From: Mobula hypostoma
Lineage: Eukaryota
Direction of reading: 5' to 3'
Assembly (NCBI RefSeq): GCF_963921235.1
Contig: NC_086107.1
Span: 95,110,001 to 95,174,000, forward strand
Length of the DNA stretch: 64,000 bases
The translations under genes and the position numbers were made by a program. Below the pieces are notes generated by a model. That model saw nothing but the letters and a program-made list of their open reading frames with translations, was not told the DNA's origin and did not search any database. Below, in pieces: positions 13,110 to 24,599 of the stretch. The stretch's first letter is position 1. The number at the start of each line of letters is the position of its first letter.

Positions 13110-13730
13110 AGAAACCATATCAACACCTCTGCTTTCTGAGGCGGCTGAAGAGAGTGGGCTATGCACAGCGATACTCATGGCCTTCTACAGATACACAGTG
13201 AGGAGCATCCTCACAAGCTGCATCACTGTGTGGTGCTGCAGCTCTACAATGGCTAGTGAAAACTACTCAGCGCATCACCAGCACCACCCTACCCGCCATC
13301 AAGGAGATGTATACTGAACGGTGCCGGAAAATGTCCAACAGTATCATGAAGGATCTGTTCATGGACTGTTTGTCCCACTCCCATCAGGGAGGAAGCTATG
13401 CAGCATCCATGCTGGGACTACTAGACTCAAAAACAGTTACTTTCCCCAAGCAGTAAGGGTGATCAATACCTCCACCCACAAACCCACCTCTCCACACCCC
13501 CCACCACTACTTTACCATTTCCTGTCAGTCATCTTATGTATGGACACTTCTGTACCTAGTGTCACTTTATGGACATTCAATCAATCTATGTATATAAGCT
13601 ATCTTATGTGTCTTTTTTATTATTGTGTTCTATATCTTGTTTTTTTTTGTTGTCCTGCATTGGACTGAGAGTAACAATTATTTTCTTCTCCTTTACACTT
13701 GTGTTCTGGAAATGACATTAAACAATCTTG
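13110..13730 (+). mobile_element. Non-LTR retrotransposon 3' fragment (Rex/Babar-like)
   Basis: LFVPLPSGRK...TTRLKNSYFPQAVR C-terminal motif, recurring elsewhere in the window. Confidence 0.55.
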
Positions 13731-14523
13731 ATGCAACCTAACTTCCACTTTTTCCATAACCACTCCACTAGCTGCCCTGGCGTTCCCATCCCCTGGAACT
13801 CTAGTTTAAACCCCACCCCTGAAGCAGCACTCACAGTCCTTCCCAGGAGGATATTAGTCCATGTCCAGTCCAGGTGCAAACTGTCTCACCTATACAGGCC
13901 CCACCTTCCCTGGCAGAGAGACCAAGTCAAAGATCTAAAGCCCTTCCTCCTGTACCATCTCCTTAGCCGTGTGTTAAACTTTATGATCTTCCTACTTCTG
14001 GCCTCACTTGCGCATGACACAAATAGCAATCCTGGAGGTCCTGTCCTTTAACTTAGCACCTAACTCCCTGAACTCACTTTGCAGGACTTTGTCACCCTTC
14101 CTGCCGCGCCATTGGTACCGTTGTGGGCCATGAACACCAGCTGATCACCCTCTGCCTTAAAGTTGCTATCAATCCGAGACATTCCTGACATTGATAACCT
14201 GGGAGGCAATGTACCATTTGAGAATCTTGTTCTCATGCACAGAACCTCCTGTTTGTTCCCCTAATCACTACTGCTCACCCCTTCTTCCCACTTCCCTCCT
14301 GGGCTGGGCCCAGGACAGATCACCTGAGGTGTTAGTGCTGGGGGATTTAAAGCTGCTGACCTAAAGCTTCTCTCTCCACTGCCAATCCCCATAATGTAGC
14401 CTGATGTACTTTCAACTGGTCCATGTCAACCAAGATTCTCATTCAAACTGGTCTCATTTGGCCTGTATTGCTCTAAACCTTTCCTGTCTGTGTACCTGTC
14501 TCAGTGCCTTTAAATTGTACCAG

Positions 14524-14600
14524 GTGGTGAACCCGTCTACCACACTCTCCTCACTATTGACATGTGCGGCGTCTGCCTGCTCAACACCCTGGATAAGTGA
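14524..14600 (+). pseudogene. Partial duplicate of PAQR4 exon 2 (3' part), donor mutated GT>AT
   Basis: Translates GGEPVYHTLLTIDMCGVCLLNTLDK*, versus GGAPVYHTLLTIDMCGICLLNTLG in the real exon. The following intron and minisatellite are duplicated too. Confidence 0.85.
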
Positions 14601-14685
14601 ACCCCCACATCCGGGCCAGACTTGCCCTCTCTCCCGCGTCTGGTTTGTCCACCCACTCTCCCCACTACTGAGCCACCTGCTCCTT

Positions 14686-15007
14686 GGCTGGCCTCCCCCA
14701 TACCCTGCCACATCTGGGCTGGCCTCTCCCCATACCCCACCACATCTGGGCTGGCCTCTCCCTATACCCTGGCACATCTGGGCTGGCCTTTCCCTCTACC
14801 CTGGCACATCTGGGCTGGCCTTTCCCTCTACCCTGGCACATCTGGGCTGGCCTCTCCCTATACCCTGGCACATCTGGGCTGGCCTTTCCCTCTACCCTGG
14901 CACGTCTGGGCTGGCCTCTCCCTATACCCTGGCACATCTGGGCTGGCCTCTCCCTCTACTCTGCCACATCTGGGCTGGCCTCTCCCTCTACTCTGCCACA
15001 TCTGGGC
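14686..15007. repeat. ~32-bp minisatellite (GCCACATCTGGGCTGGCCTCTCCCTCTACCCT)n, copy 1
   Basis: About 10 tandem units visible. Confidence 0.9.
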
Positions 15008-15321
15008 TCTCCCCCACTTCCTCTGGCAGATCGTTCCATATCCTTACCAGCCTCTGTGAGAAAAAAGATACTGACCCTGCAGAGGGGGGCGTGGAGATGG
15101 AGGGGTTGATAAGAAAGGTCGGGGGGCGTATGCAGGGGACGAGGGGAGGCAACTGATGCAGTCAGCTGGCAATGGGATGGGTGGAGGGGAGGATGGTTGT
15201 CAGGGTTGGGAGAGAGGGGAATGAGGAGGGAAGAGACAGGATGGAGAAAGAGGGAGATGGAGTGATCAGCCGGGAACAGTATTACCCTGCCTTTGACTAA
15301 CTCCTGTTCCTTCCCCTTCAG

Positions 15322-15540
15322 GAATCCCACTGCTGTATTTCCTGTTCCTGATGCCAGCTGAAATTCAGTGGTCACAGCTGAGTGTCCCATGGCTGGCCGT
15401 GTCCCACTGCCTGGCCTGTGTCGCCCCCCAACTGGGTAGTGTCCTCTACCACCTCTTCATGAGCCATGAGGGGGGGGCGCCCGTCTACCACACTCTCCTC
15501 ACTATCGACATGTGCGGCATCTGCCTGCTCAACACTCTGG
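15322..15540 (+). CDS. PAQR4: PAQR4 (progestin and adipoQ receptor family member 4) coding exon 2
   Basis: ttccccttcag|GA...CTGG|gtaagt. Encodes IPLLYFLFLMPAEIQWSQL...HCLACVAPQLGSVLYHLFMSHEGGAPVYHTLLTIDMCGICLLNTLG, matching PAQR4 exon 2. Exon 1 was not found in the window. Confidence 0.93.
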
Positions 15541-15639
15541 GTAAGTGAACCCCGCATCCGGGCCAGACTTCCCCTCTCTCCCGCGTCTGGGCTGTTCGTT
15601 CACCCACTCTCCCCACTACTGGACCACCCACACCTTGGC

Positions 15640-15930
15640 CAGCTGCTTCCTCTACCCCACCACATCTGGGCTGGTCTGTCCCTCTACCCCACCATGTCTG
15701 GGCTGGTCTCTCCCTCTACCCTGCCACATCTAGCCTGGCCTGGCCTGTCCCTCTACCCCGCCACATCTGGGCTGGCCTATCCCTCTACCCCGCCACATCT
15801 GGCCTGGTCTGTCCCTCTACCCTGCCACATCTGGCCTGGTCTGTCCCTCTACCCCGCCACATCTGGCCCGGCCTGTCCCTCTACCCCGCTACATCTGGGC
15901 TGGTCTCCCTCTGTCCCCCACATCTGGGCT
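15640..15930. repeat. ~32-bp minisatellite, copy 2 (PAQR4 intron 2)
   Basis: CCACATCTGGCCTGGTCTGTCCCTCTACCC units. Confidence 0.85.
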
Positions 15931-16144
15931 GGTTGGTTGCTCCCTCTCTCCCCTTCACACTCCTAGATCGGTCAAAGGGAACCATTACATCAGTGAGGAA
16001 GGGGTGTGGAGTATGTATTGTCTATAATCATCTTTCTCTCCCCCACCCCCTCACCCCCCTCTTCCCCCTTGGCTGCACCACCCACCTGTTGCTCCTGATT
16101 CCACCCCTCTCCCGCCCTCTGTCCCTCCCCCACCCCCACCCCAG

Positions 16145-16575
16145 GCGCACTGCCCATTATCTATGCCACACTCCTGTGCCGCCCGGCCCTGCGTGCTCTG
16201 GCCCTGCTATCCTACGCCACTCTCTCGCTCTGGGTGGTACGTCAGGCCCTGGCGGCTGTTACCACCCTCGGGCGCCTGCGCTGCTTCCTGGGGCCAGCCT
16301 GCTTCCGGCTGGTGCTCCTCCTCCTCCGGTGGTGCGGCCTGGCCTGGGGCTCCCCCTCCGCCCTGCCCCGCTACCTGGCCATGGACGGGCTAGGGGCGCT
16401 GGGGGGGCTGATCAACGCCGGCCGGATCCCTGAGCGCTGGTTCCCTGGCGCCTTCGACTACTGCCTCAACAGCCACCAGATCATGCACCTACTGGTGGTG
16501 GCCAGCATTTACTGCTTGAACCGGGGTGTCCTGGATGACCTAGGCTGGATCAGTGTCCCCCGTTGCCCCTCCTGA
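16145..16575 (+). CDS. PAQR4: PAQR4 last coding exon
   Basis: ccag|GC GCA CTG CCC ATT; ALPIIYATLLCRP...RIPERWFPGAFDYCLNSHQIMHLLVV...CPS*, with the PAQR HxxxH motif. Confidence 0.95.
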
Positions 16576-17109
16576 CTCCTACCTCTCTCCCCAACCCCTC
16601 CTTCTCTCTGAATGCCTTCCCAATCTTCCTGGCTCCTTCTCCTGAACCCGTTCCCCACCTCCCACTCACCCCAGTCCCTCTCGTCCCCTTCTGACCTTTG
16701 TTCACCCCAGACTTTTTTCCTCTCCAATTGACCCTTGACCCCCTCATGACACTGGATTCTAAGTATCCCGTCACCCTCCTCCTCATTCCATTTCCTCTGA
16801 CCTCCTGGACCTCTGTGAACGTGACTTCTGCTCTCCCTCAGCCCCTGCCAGTGACCCCTGACCTCCATTTCAACTTCCCACACCCCCCTTCAGTGACCCC
16901 TCTCCCACAGTTCCTCCCTGCCAACCTCTTGTTGACCCCGATGCCAGTCTTCCTGTTCCCCCAACCCTTGGACTCCCTGCGACCTTTGACCTTTATGTTC
17001 CCTGTTCCTTCCTGTGACCTCTCTCCATCCTCACCCCCAACATTCCCCTCTCCCTCTGTCCCCAAACCCCACTGCCAGAACACGAAGACTCCAGCCGGAG
17101 AAAACAGGA

Positions 17110-17365
17110 ACAGATAACAGATGGTGGCCTAGCAGGGTCCAGATGGCTCAGATGACAGCTCAGACGATGGTGCGGACATCAGCCCAGACAGTGGCTCAGA
17201 CAACAGACTGGGCCCAAGCAATAGGCCAGACACAGGCCCAGACCATAGACAATGGTCCAGACACAACCCAGTGCAGGCTTAGACAACAGACAGCAGCCCA
17301 GACACTGGCTCAGACACCGGACCAGATCGTGGGCTCAGACAACGGCCCAAACAAGGGCTCTGATC
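17110..17365. repeat. Degenerate ~12-bp tandem repeat (GACAnnGGCCCA-like) in the PAQR4 3' UTR
   Basis: Recurrent CAGAC/GGCCCA/GGCTCA units; these produce the QTxAQ low-complexity ORF. Confidence 0.6.
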
Positions 17366-18135
17366 AAGAAACGATAACATACCCAAGGGGAGGAATCGAG
17401 GAGAGGGTCTCGGAGAAGGCCGGGACATGGGGAGACAGGAGACAGTCGGGGAATTGTGATGGGGTGGGGGGGAATGGGGTGTTTACTGGATTTGGGATGG
17501 CTAAAGGGGTGTTTCTGGAGACAGGACACCCCTCCACCTCCTCTTCCTCCTTCAACACCACCCCCCACCGCAGTCTCACTCTCTCCCTCTTCTCCTCACC
17601 ACCGCCCCCCCCCCATACTTGTCACCATGCCTGGGATCCCTCTACGTCCCAAGAGGTGAGTGGGAAACTGACCTCCCTCCCCCTTCCAAAACAACATGGA
17701 CCAGGATAGTCTGTGTGACCCCACACTCCAACCCACCTCCCCCCAACAAAACACAAATCAGGAAGGGAGGGATGAGCAGGGTGATTATTCAAGCTCCTCC
17801 ACCCACTCCCCTCCCTTTGCCCCACCCACCAGCAATACAACAGGGCAAAGAGGGAGGTGGGTCCCAGGGGTGGGTAGGGGGGACCCAGTGCAATTCCTCC
17901 CTCGCCCTGTCCTGGGATTGGGAGCCCAGTGTCTTCCTGCCCTACCCTCCTCCCCGGACCCTCGTCATCACCTTCCCCGCACTTTGCAACTTTTATATCT
18001 CACAGCGTCAGTCTTCGACTGGGGAAGGAAAGGGCACAGATTGTGGTGGGGGGTGGGTGGTTGTGTTGTGTCTCACTCCCCCCTCCCCCAAGGTCTCCCC
18101 TCACCCCCCCAACCCCCGTGGGAACTTCTTCACAA

Positions 18136-18141
18136 AATAAA
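18136..18141 (+). terminator. Probable PAQR4 polyadenylation signal
   Basis: AATAAA at the end of the non-repeat GC-rich 3' UTR, followed by GT-rich sequence. Confidence 0.7.
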
Positions 18142-19324
18142 GAGTGTTTGTTATAAATTACGACTGACGCGGTGCACTTGATAGGTGTGTCAGGGAATTC
18201 TGAATTGGGAAATTCGTTCATCGTTGTCACGTGTACCCTGGTAAGGTGAAACATTTTGTTCCATGCAGATCATTTCATCACATCAACGCATTGAGGCCGT
18301 ACAAGTAGCAGAATGCAAAATAGTGTTACAGTTACGGAGCAAGTGCCGTTCTGTCAGACAATAAGGTGTAAGGGTCACAATGAGGTAGAACCTACAACCA
18401 CTCAGCTGTGTATGGCCCATATCTCTTTAGACATTCCCTATCCATGTACCTGTCCAAGTGTCTTTTAAATATTATTAATGTACCTGCCTCAACCACATCC
18501 TCTGGCAGCTTGTTCTATATATGGACCACCCTCTGGGTGAAGAATATGCCCCTTTAAGTCTCTCCCCCCTCACCTTAAACCCGTGCCCTCTAATTGTAAC
18601 AGACTAGTGAGTCTTACTTCAGTGGCGTGCAAACTATTGGAGAAGATTCTTAGAGAGCGGATTTACGACCATCTGGAGAAGCATTATCTGATTAGCGAAA
18701 GTCGGCATGGCTTTGAGAGGGGCAGGTCGCGCCTTGCGAGCCTGATTGTATTCTTTGAGGAAGTGACAAATCAAATTGATGAAGATAGAGCAGTGGTTAA
18801 AGTGTATATGTATTTTAGTAAGCATTTGACAAGGTTCCGCACAGTAAGCTCACTCTAAAAGTCAGGAGGCACGGGATCTGGGGAAACTTAGCCCCGTGCA
18901 TCCGGATTTGCTTTTCTATGGAAGGTAGAGGGGTTGTAGCAAATGGAGAGCATTCTGCTTGGAGGTCACTGACTAGTGGTTTTCCACATGGATCTGTTCT
19001 GAGACCCCTGTAGGGAAGTGGTAGGGTGGGTTATTAATTTTGTAGAATACATGAAGGTTGATGGAGTTATGGATAGTTTAGAAGGTTGTTGGGGATTATA
19101 GCAAGGCATTGACAGGGTGCGGAGCTGGACTGTGAAGTAGCAGATGAAGTTAAATCTGGAACAGTGTGAAGTGATCCACTTTGGAAGGTTGAACTTGAAG
19201 GTAGAATAAACGGCAGATTTCTTAGCAGTGTGGAGGAGCAGAGGGACCTAGGAGACCAGGACCATACAGTACGTTGCTGAAAGTTTCCACCCAAGTTTGT
19301 TAGGTTGGCTAAGAATGTGTATCA

Positions 19325-22170
19325 CACTGGAGGAACTCAGCAGGTCAGGCAGCATCTATGGAGAGGAGTAAACAGTTGGCGTTTCTGGGTAAGACCCTAA
19401 ATCAGAACTGACAACAGATCCCAACATCTCCAGTTCCAATGATCTGGATGCTTCCAATCCACCGATTATGCATCCTCTAGCTCCGGCTGCATCCCCAACC
19501 TTGGCCACCTTCACCTCCAGGCCAAGACCATTCTCAGTGCTACTGGGTCCCTTGACTTCCCTTCCCTCAGCAGTACCTCCCACCAACCCTGAGTCTCTCA
19601 GGCTCCCCTGACACCGCTTCATTTCTCACACAATCTTCCTCATCCTATCTTTACTGAACACCCCAATCCTTCCTTCTCCACTGACGCCTCAAACTCTCTT
19701 CTCCCCCCTCATCCCAGCTGTAATCCCTGCCTTGTCTTTATCATCTCTCTGACCTTCCCCTCTTTGAGGTGGAATGTTCTGTCCTCAGCAAAAGCCTTAC
19801 CTTTGTCCCCCTGCATCCGCACCTCAGTAAGTTCAGCACCTACCAAGATGCTGAGCTCTTCTTTCATTGCCTCCTTCACCAAGCCCACTTTGGCAAGGTT
19901 TCCCCACCCTACACTAATGACTCTCACCCTTTCTCCTGTCTCCACCCCTCCTCTTCTGGCGGACGCCATTCTGGATCTTTTCATTTCCAATTGCTAACAT
20001 GACATCAAAAGGAGGAAAAGAGTGAGAATAAAGCTGTCCTTTTCTGATTGGTTGCCAGTGACTAGTGGTGTTCCACAGGAGTTGGTGTTGAGCTGCTTCT
20101 TTTCATATATATCAATAGTTTAGATGATGGAATTGATGATGTTGTGGCCAAGTTTGCAGACAATATGATGATGGGTGGAGGGGCAGGTATTGTTGAGGAA
20201 GCAGGGACTCTGCAAAAGGATAGACAAATTAGGAGAATGAGCAAAGAAGTGGCAGATGGAAAACAGTGTGGGGAAATGTATCGCCATGCCCTTTGGTAGA
20301 GGGATAAAAGTATAGTCTATTTTCTAAACAGGGAGAAAATTCAAAAATCAGGTGCAAAAGGTCTCGAGAGTCCTTGTGCGGGATTCCCTAAAGGTTAACT
20401 CACAGGTTGAGTCAGTGGTAAGGAAGGCAAATGCAACATTAGCATTCATTTCGAGAGGATTACAATACAAGAGCAAGGTCAGACCGCAGAGTATTGTGAG
20501 CAGTTTTGGGCCTCTTATCTAAGAAAAGATGTGTTGGCATTGGAGAAGGTCCAGAGGAGGTTCACGAGAATGACTCTAGGAACTCTGGGTTATTGTATGA
20601 GGAGCATTTGATGGTTCTGAGCCTGTACTCACTGGAGTTTAGAAGAGTGAAGAGGGAACTCATTGTAACCTATTGAATATTGAAAGGTGGATGCAGAAAG
20701 GATGTACTGGCTTTTGAGGCGATGCAGAGGAGATTCACCAGGTTGATTCCAGAGATGAGCGGGTCAGACTAAGAGGAGACTTTGAGTTGCCTGGGAGTGT
20801 ACTCGTTGGAATTCAGAAGGATGAGAGGAGATCTTATAAAAATTATGAAAGGAATATATAAGATAGAGGCAGGAAAGTTGTTTCCACTGGTAGGTGAGAC
20901 TAGAACTAGGGGAGAGCCTCAAGATTTGGGGGGATTCTAGAGTGGTGAATTTGTGGAATTCTCTGTCCAATGAAGCTGTGGAGGCTGCCTCAGTAAATAT
21001 ATTTAAGACAAGGCTGGATGGATTTTTGCATAGTAGGGGAATAAGGGTTATGGGGAAAAGGCAGGTAGGTGGAGGTGAGTCGATGGCCAGATCAGCCATG
21101 ACCTTATTGAATGGCGGAGCAGGCTTGACAGGCCAGATAGCCTACTCCTGCTCCTATTTCTTATGTTCTTGTGAAAGGATGTTTCCTATAGGGGTTGGGG
21201 GGGAGGCATCTAAGACCGAGTACGCAGCCTCAGAATAGAGGGATGTCCATTTAGATCAGAGATGAGGGGCATTTCTTTAGCCAGAGGGTGGTGAATCTCT
21301 GGAATTCATTGGCGTAGACGACTGTGGAGGCCAAGTCATTCAGTCTACTTAAAACAGTGGTTGATGGTTTTTTTCCATTAGTCAGGGTGTCAGAGGTTAT
21401 GGGTGAAGGTAGGAAATGAGGTTGAAAGGGATAATAAATCAGCCATGATGGAATGGTGGAGCAGACTTGATGAGCCGAATGGCTTAATTCTGCTCCTGTG
21501 TCTTATGGTCTTGATCAGCATTCCTCTCTCCTATTTCAGTGTGCCTCTGAACACATTGCCCTTCACTCTCTCTACACCAATCCCATCCTCACCATCACAC
21601 TTGCAGAAAAATGGTTGCTGTTGTAGTCTTATAGACTGGCCTCTACCTTGCTGAGGCCAGGCAGCATGTCTCAAACAACTCCTATTACTTACCTCTTGCA
21701 CAGCACCCCACTCAGGAACTTCAGGTCATTGTCCCCTGCACAGTCACTAATCTTATCATCTCTGGGATCTCTCCACTGCCACCAACCTCATAGTCCCTTA
21801 TCCTGCTCTGCTCAGTTCTACCTCCTACCTAAGATCCACAAACCTCACTGACTGGATAGGCCCATTGTTTCTGCCTGTTCCTGCGCACATTCCTTACTCC
21901 ATTTTATCCCTCTTGGTTCAATCCCGTCCCACCCATTTCTACAACTTCTCACATCTCTCAGTCTCTTCAACATCTTTTCATGCCTTGGTCCTGATTTTCA
22001 CCATTGGTATTATCACTTCTATCCCCCATCAAGGAGACCTTAAATCTCTCTGCTTCTTTATCAACAACTTTCTTGAAAAGCTGTCCTGATGAATGGTCTT
22101 GGCTTGCAATATTGACCTTTCACAGATGTTGTCTGAGCTGCTGAGTTCCTCCAGCATCTGCTGAACCTCT
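19325..22170 (+). mobile_element. Fragmented Penelope-like element interrupted by CR1 pieces (~20010-21515)
   Basis: Inverted pLTR piece at 19325-19400. ORF remnants SVLSKSLTFVPLHPHL and FYLLPKIHKP..RPIVS. Terminal pLTR with a degenerate CTGATGA hammerhead core at ~22081-22116. Confidence 0.6.
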
Positions 22171-24599
22171 TCTGGTTCACAAGGTGTGTGGTGTGTTAGA
22201 CTTCATTAGTTGTGGGATTGAGATCAAAAGCTGCAAGATAACGTTGTAGCTCTAGAAAACCCTGGTTAGACCACACTTGGGAGTATTGTGTTCAGTTCTG
22301 ATCATCTCATTATAGGAAGCATGTGGAATCTTTAAGAGAGGGTGCAGAAGAGATTTACCAGGATGCTGCCTGGATTAGAAAGCATGTATTTTGAGGTAAG
22401 GTTATAGAGCTAGGGCTTTTCTGTTTGGAGTGAAGTTCTCGAGAGGTGACTTGATAGAGGTGTACGAGATGGTAACAGGCGTAAATGGAATTGACAGCCA
22501 AATACTTTTTTTTTCCCCCTGGGTGGAAGTGACTAACACAAGGGGGTGTAACTTTAAGGTGATTAGGAAGGAAGTATGGGGGACATGTTAGAGGTAAGTC
22601 TTTTACAAAGCATGGTTAGTGCATGGAAAGCACTGCCAGGGGTGGTGGACATTTAAGAGACTCAGACATATAAATGAAAGAAAAATGGAGGGCTATGCAG
22701 GAGAAAGGGGTTAAGTTGACCTTGGAGTACGTTAATGGGACAGAACAACATCATGAGCTGTAAGGCCTCTAATGTGCTCTACCGTTCTCTGTTTTTCATA
22801 ACGAGGTAGATTGTGAGATCAAAAGGCCATCTTAAAATACTAGGGAACTATTTAATTGCCTTATAACAGCAGGGGAGATGCTGTTGTTGAGACTGGTGGG
22901 ATGTGTTTTCAGGCTTTTCTATCTTCTGCCTGACAGAAGGAGGGAGAAGAGAGAATGTCTGGGGTGGGTGGGGTCTTTGATTGTGCTAGCTGCCTTACTG
23001 AGGCAATGAGAAGAGTAGACAGAGTCCATGGAGGGGAAGCTGGATTCTGTGGTGTGCTGAGTTGTGTCCACAACTCTCTGCAGTGTCTTGTGGTTGCAGA
23101 CAGAACAATTGCCATTCCAAGCCATGATGTGTCCGAATAGGATGGTGCGTCAATAAAAATTACAAAATTAACACAATCAGAGCAAACCATAAAGTCTGTT
23201 CAAATGCAAAGTGATCACAGTGTTACTGTACTGAGGCAGTGATTAGGGTTGTGCCGGCTGCTTCAAGAACTGGCTGGTTGAAGGGAAGTCATTATTGTTG
23301 AACCTGGTGGTGTGGGACTTCAGGCTTCTGTACATCTTGCCTAATAGTAGCTGTGAGAAGCTGCCATGGTCTGGATAGCAGGGATCTTTAATGATGGATG
23401 TTGCCTTCTTGAAGTATTGCTTCCTGTAGGTACCACTGATGGCTGGGAGGAATGTGCCTGTGATGTATTGGGTTGACTCCACTACTCTCTGCGGCTTCTT
23501 ATGTTCCTGCGCATTTGAATTGCTGTACTAGACTGATGCAACCAGTCAGGATACCTTGCTAAGATGCATCTGTAGAAATTTGAACTTAGAGTGTTTGGTG
23601 ACAAACTTGAGTTTCTTTAACCTCCCAACAAAGTAAAGAGGCCTTCCTCATCTGGATCAGGTTCAACATCACTAGCATATGCAGTGAAATTTGTTCTTTT
23701 GCAGCAGCAGTACATTGTAATACACAAAAAAAGTAATCTATATTACAATAAGAAATATATTTTAAGATGATAAATTAAATAGTTGAAAAGGGGAACAAAA
23801 GAAGAAAACGAAAGTGAGGTATTGTACATGGGTTCATTGTCCATTCGGAAATCTGATGGTGGAGGGGAAGAAGCTGTTCCTTAAACATTAACCATAAGAC
23901 AGGAACTGAATCAGGCAGTATTTCCCCTCGGGGAAACTATGCTGACTTTGGCCTAGCAACATACACAAAATTGTGCAGGAACTCAGCAGGCCAGGCAGCA
24001 TCTATGGAAAAAGTACAATCGATGCTTTGGGCTGAAACCCCTTGGCAGGACCTTCAGCATTTTGTGTGTGTTGATTGGATTTTCAGCATCTGCAGACTTT
24101 CTCTTGTTTTTGACTTTGGCCTATTATATCGTGTGCCTCCAAGGACCCCAAAACCCCGTCCTTAATAGTGGACTACAACAAAGAATCTTCCCAGCCACTG
24201 AAGTCAGCCTAGTTAGCCTATAATTTCTCTTCTTTTCCCTCCCTCCCTTCTTAAAGAGTGGAGTGACATTTGTAATTTTGCAGTCATAGTGGAGGTAGGT
24301 CCAGAGGAGAAGTCAGGGGTAAGTTTATTACTCAGAGAGTGGTGAGCGCGTGGAATGGGCTGCTGGCGGCAGTGGTGCAGGCGGATACGATCGGGTCTTT
24401 TAAGAGACTCCTGGACAGGTACATGGATCTCAGAAAAATAGAGCGCTATGGGTAACCCTAGGTAATCTCTAAGGACAGGACATGTTTGAGACAGCTTTGT
24501 GGACTGAAGGGCCTGTATTGTGCTGTAGGTTTTCGATATTTCTATAGTGATTCCCAGTAACATTCTCGAATCTAATGACTCTTGAAAGATTATTACTAA

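Noticed and set aside
14686..15007. CRISPR-like repeat array
   Set aside because: Head-to-tail units with no unique spacers, eukaryotic intron context, no cas genes.
14404..15966. Long ORFs with repeating PWHIWAGLSLY / HLGWPLP motifs
   Set aside because: Translations of a 32-bp minisatellite, open in several frames.
17014..17709. 231-aa Q/T/A-rich ORF
   Set aside because: Arises from a 12-bp degenerate repeat in the probable PAQR4 3' UTR; no recognisable domain.
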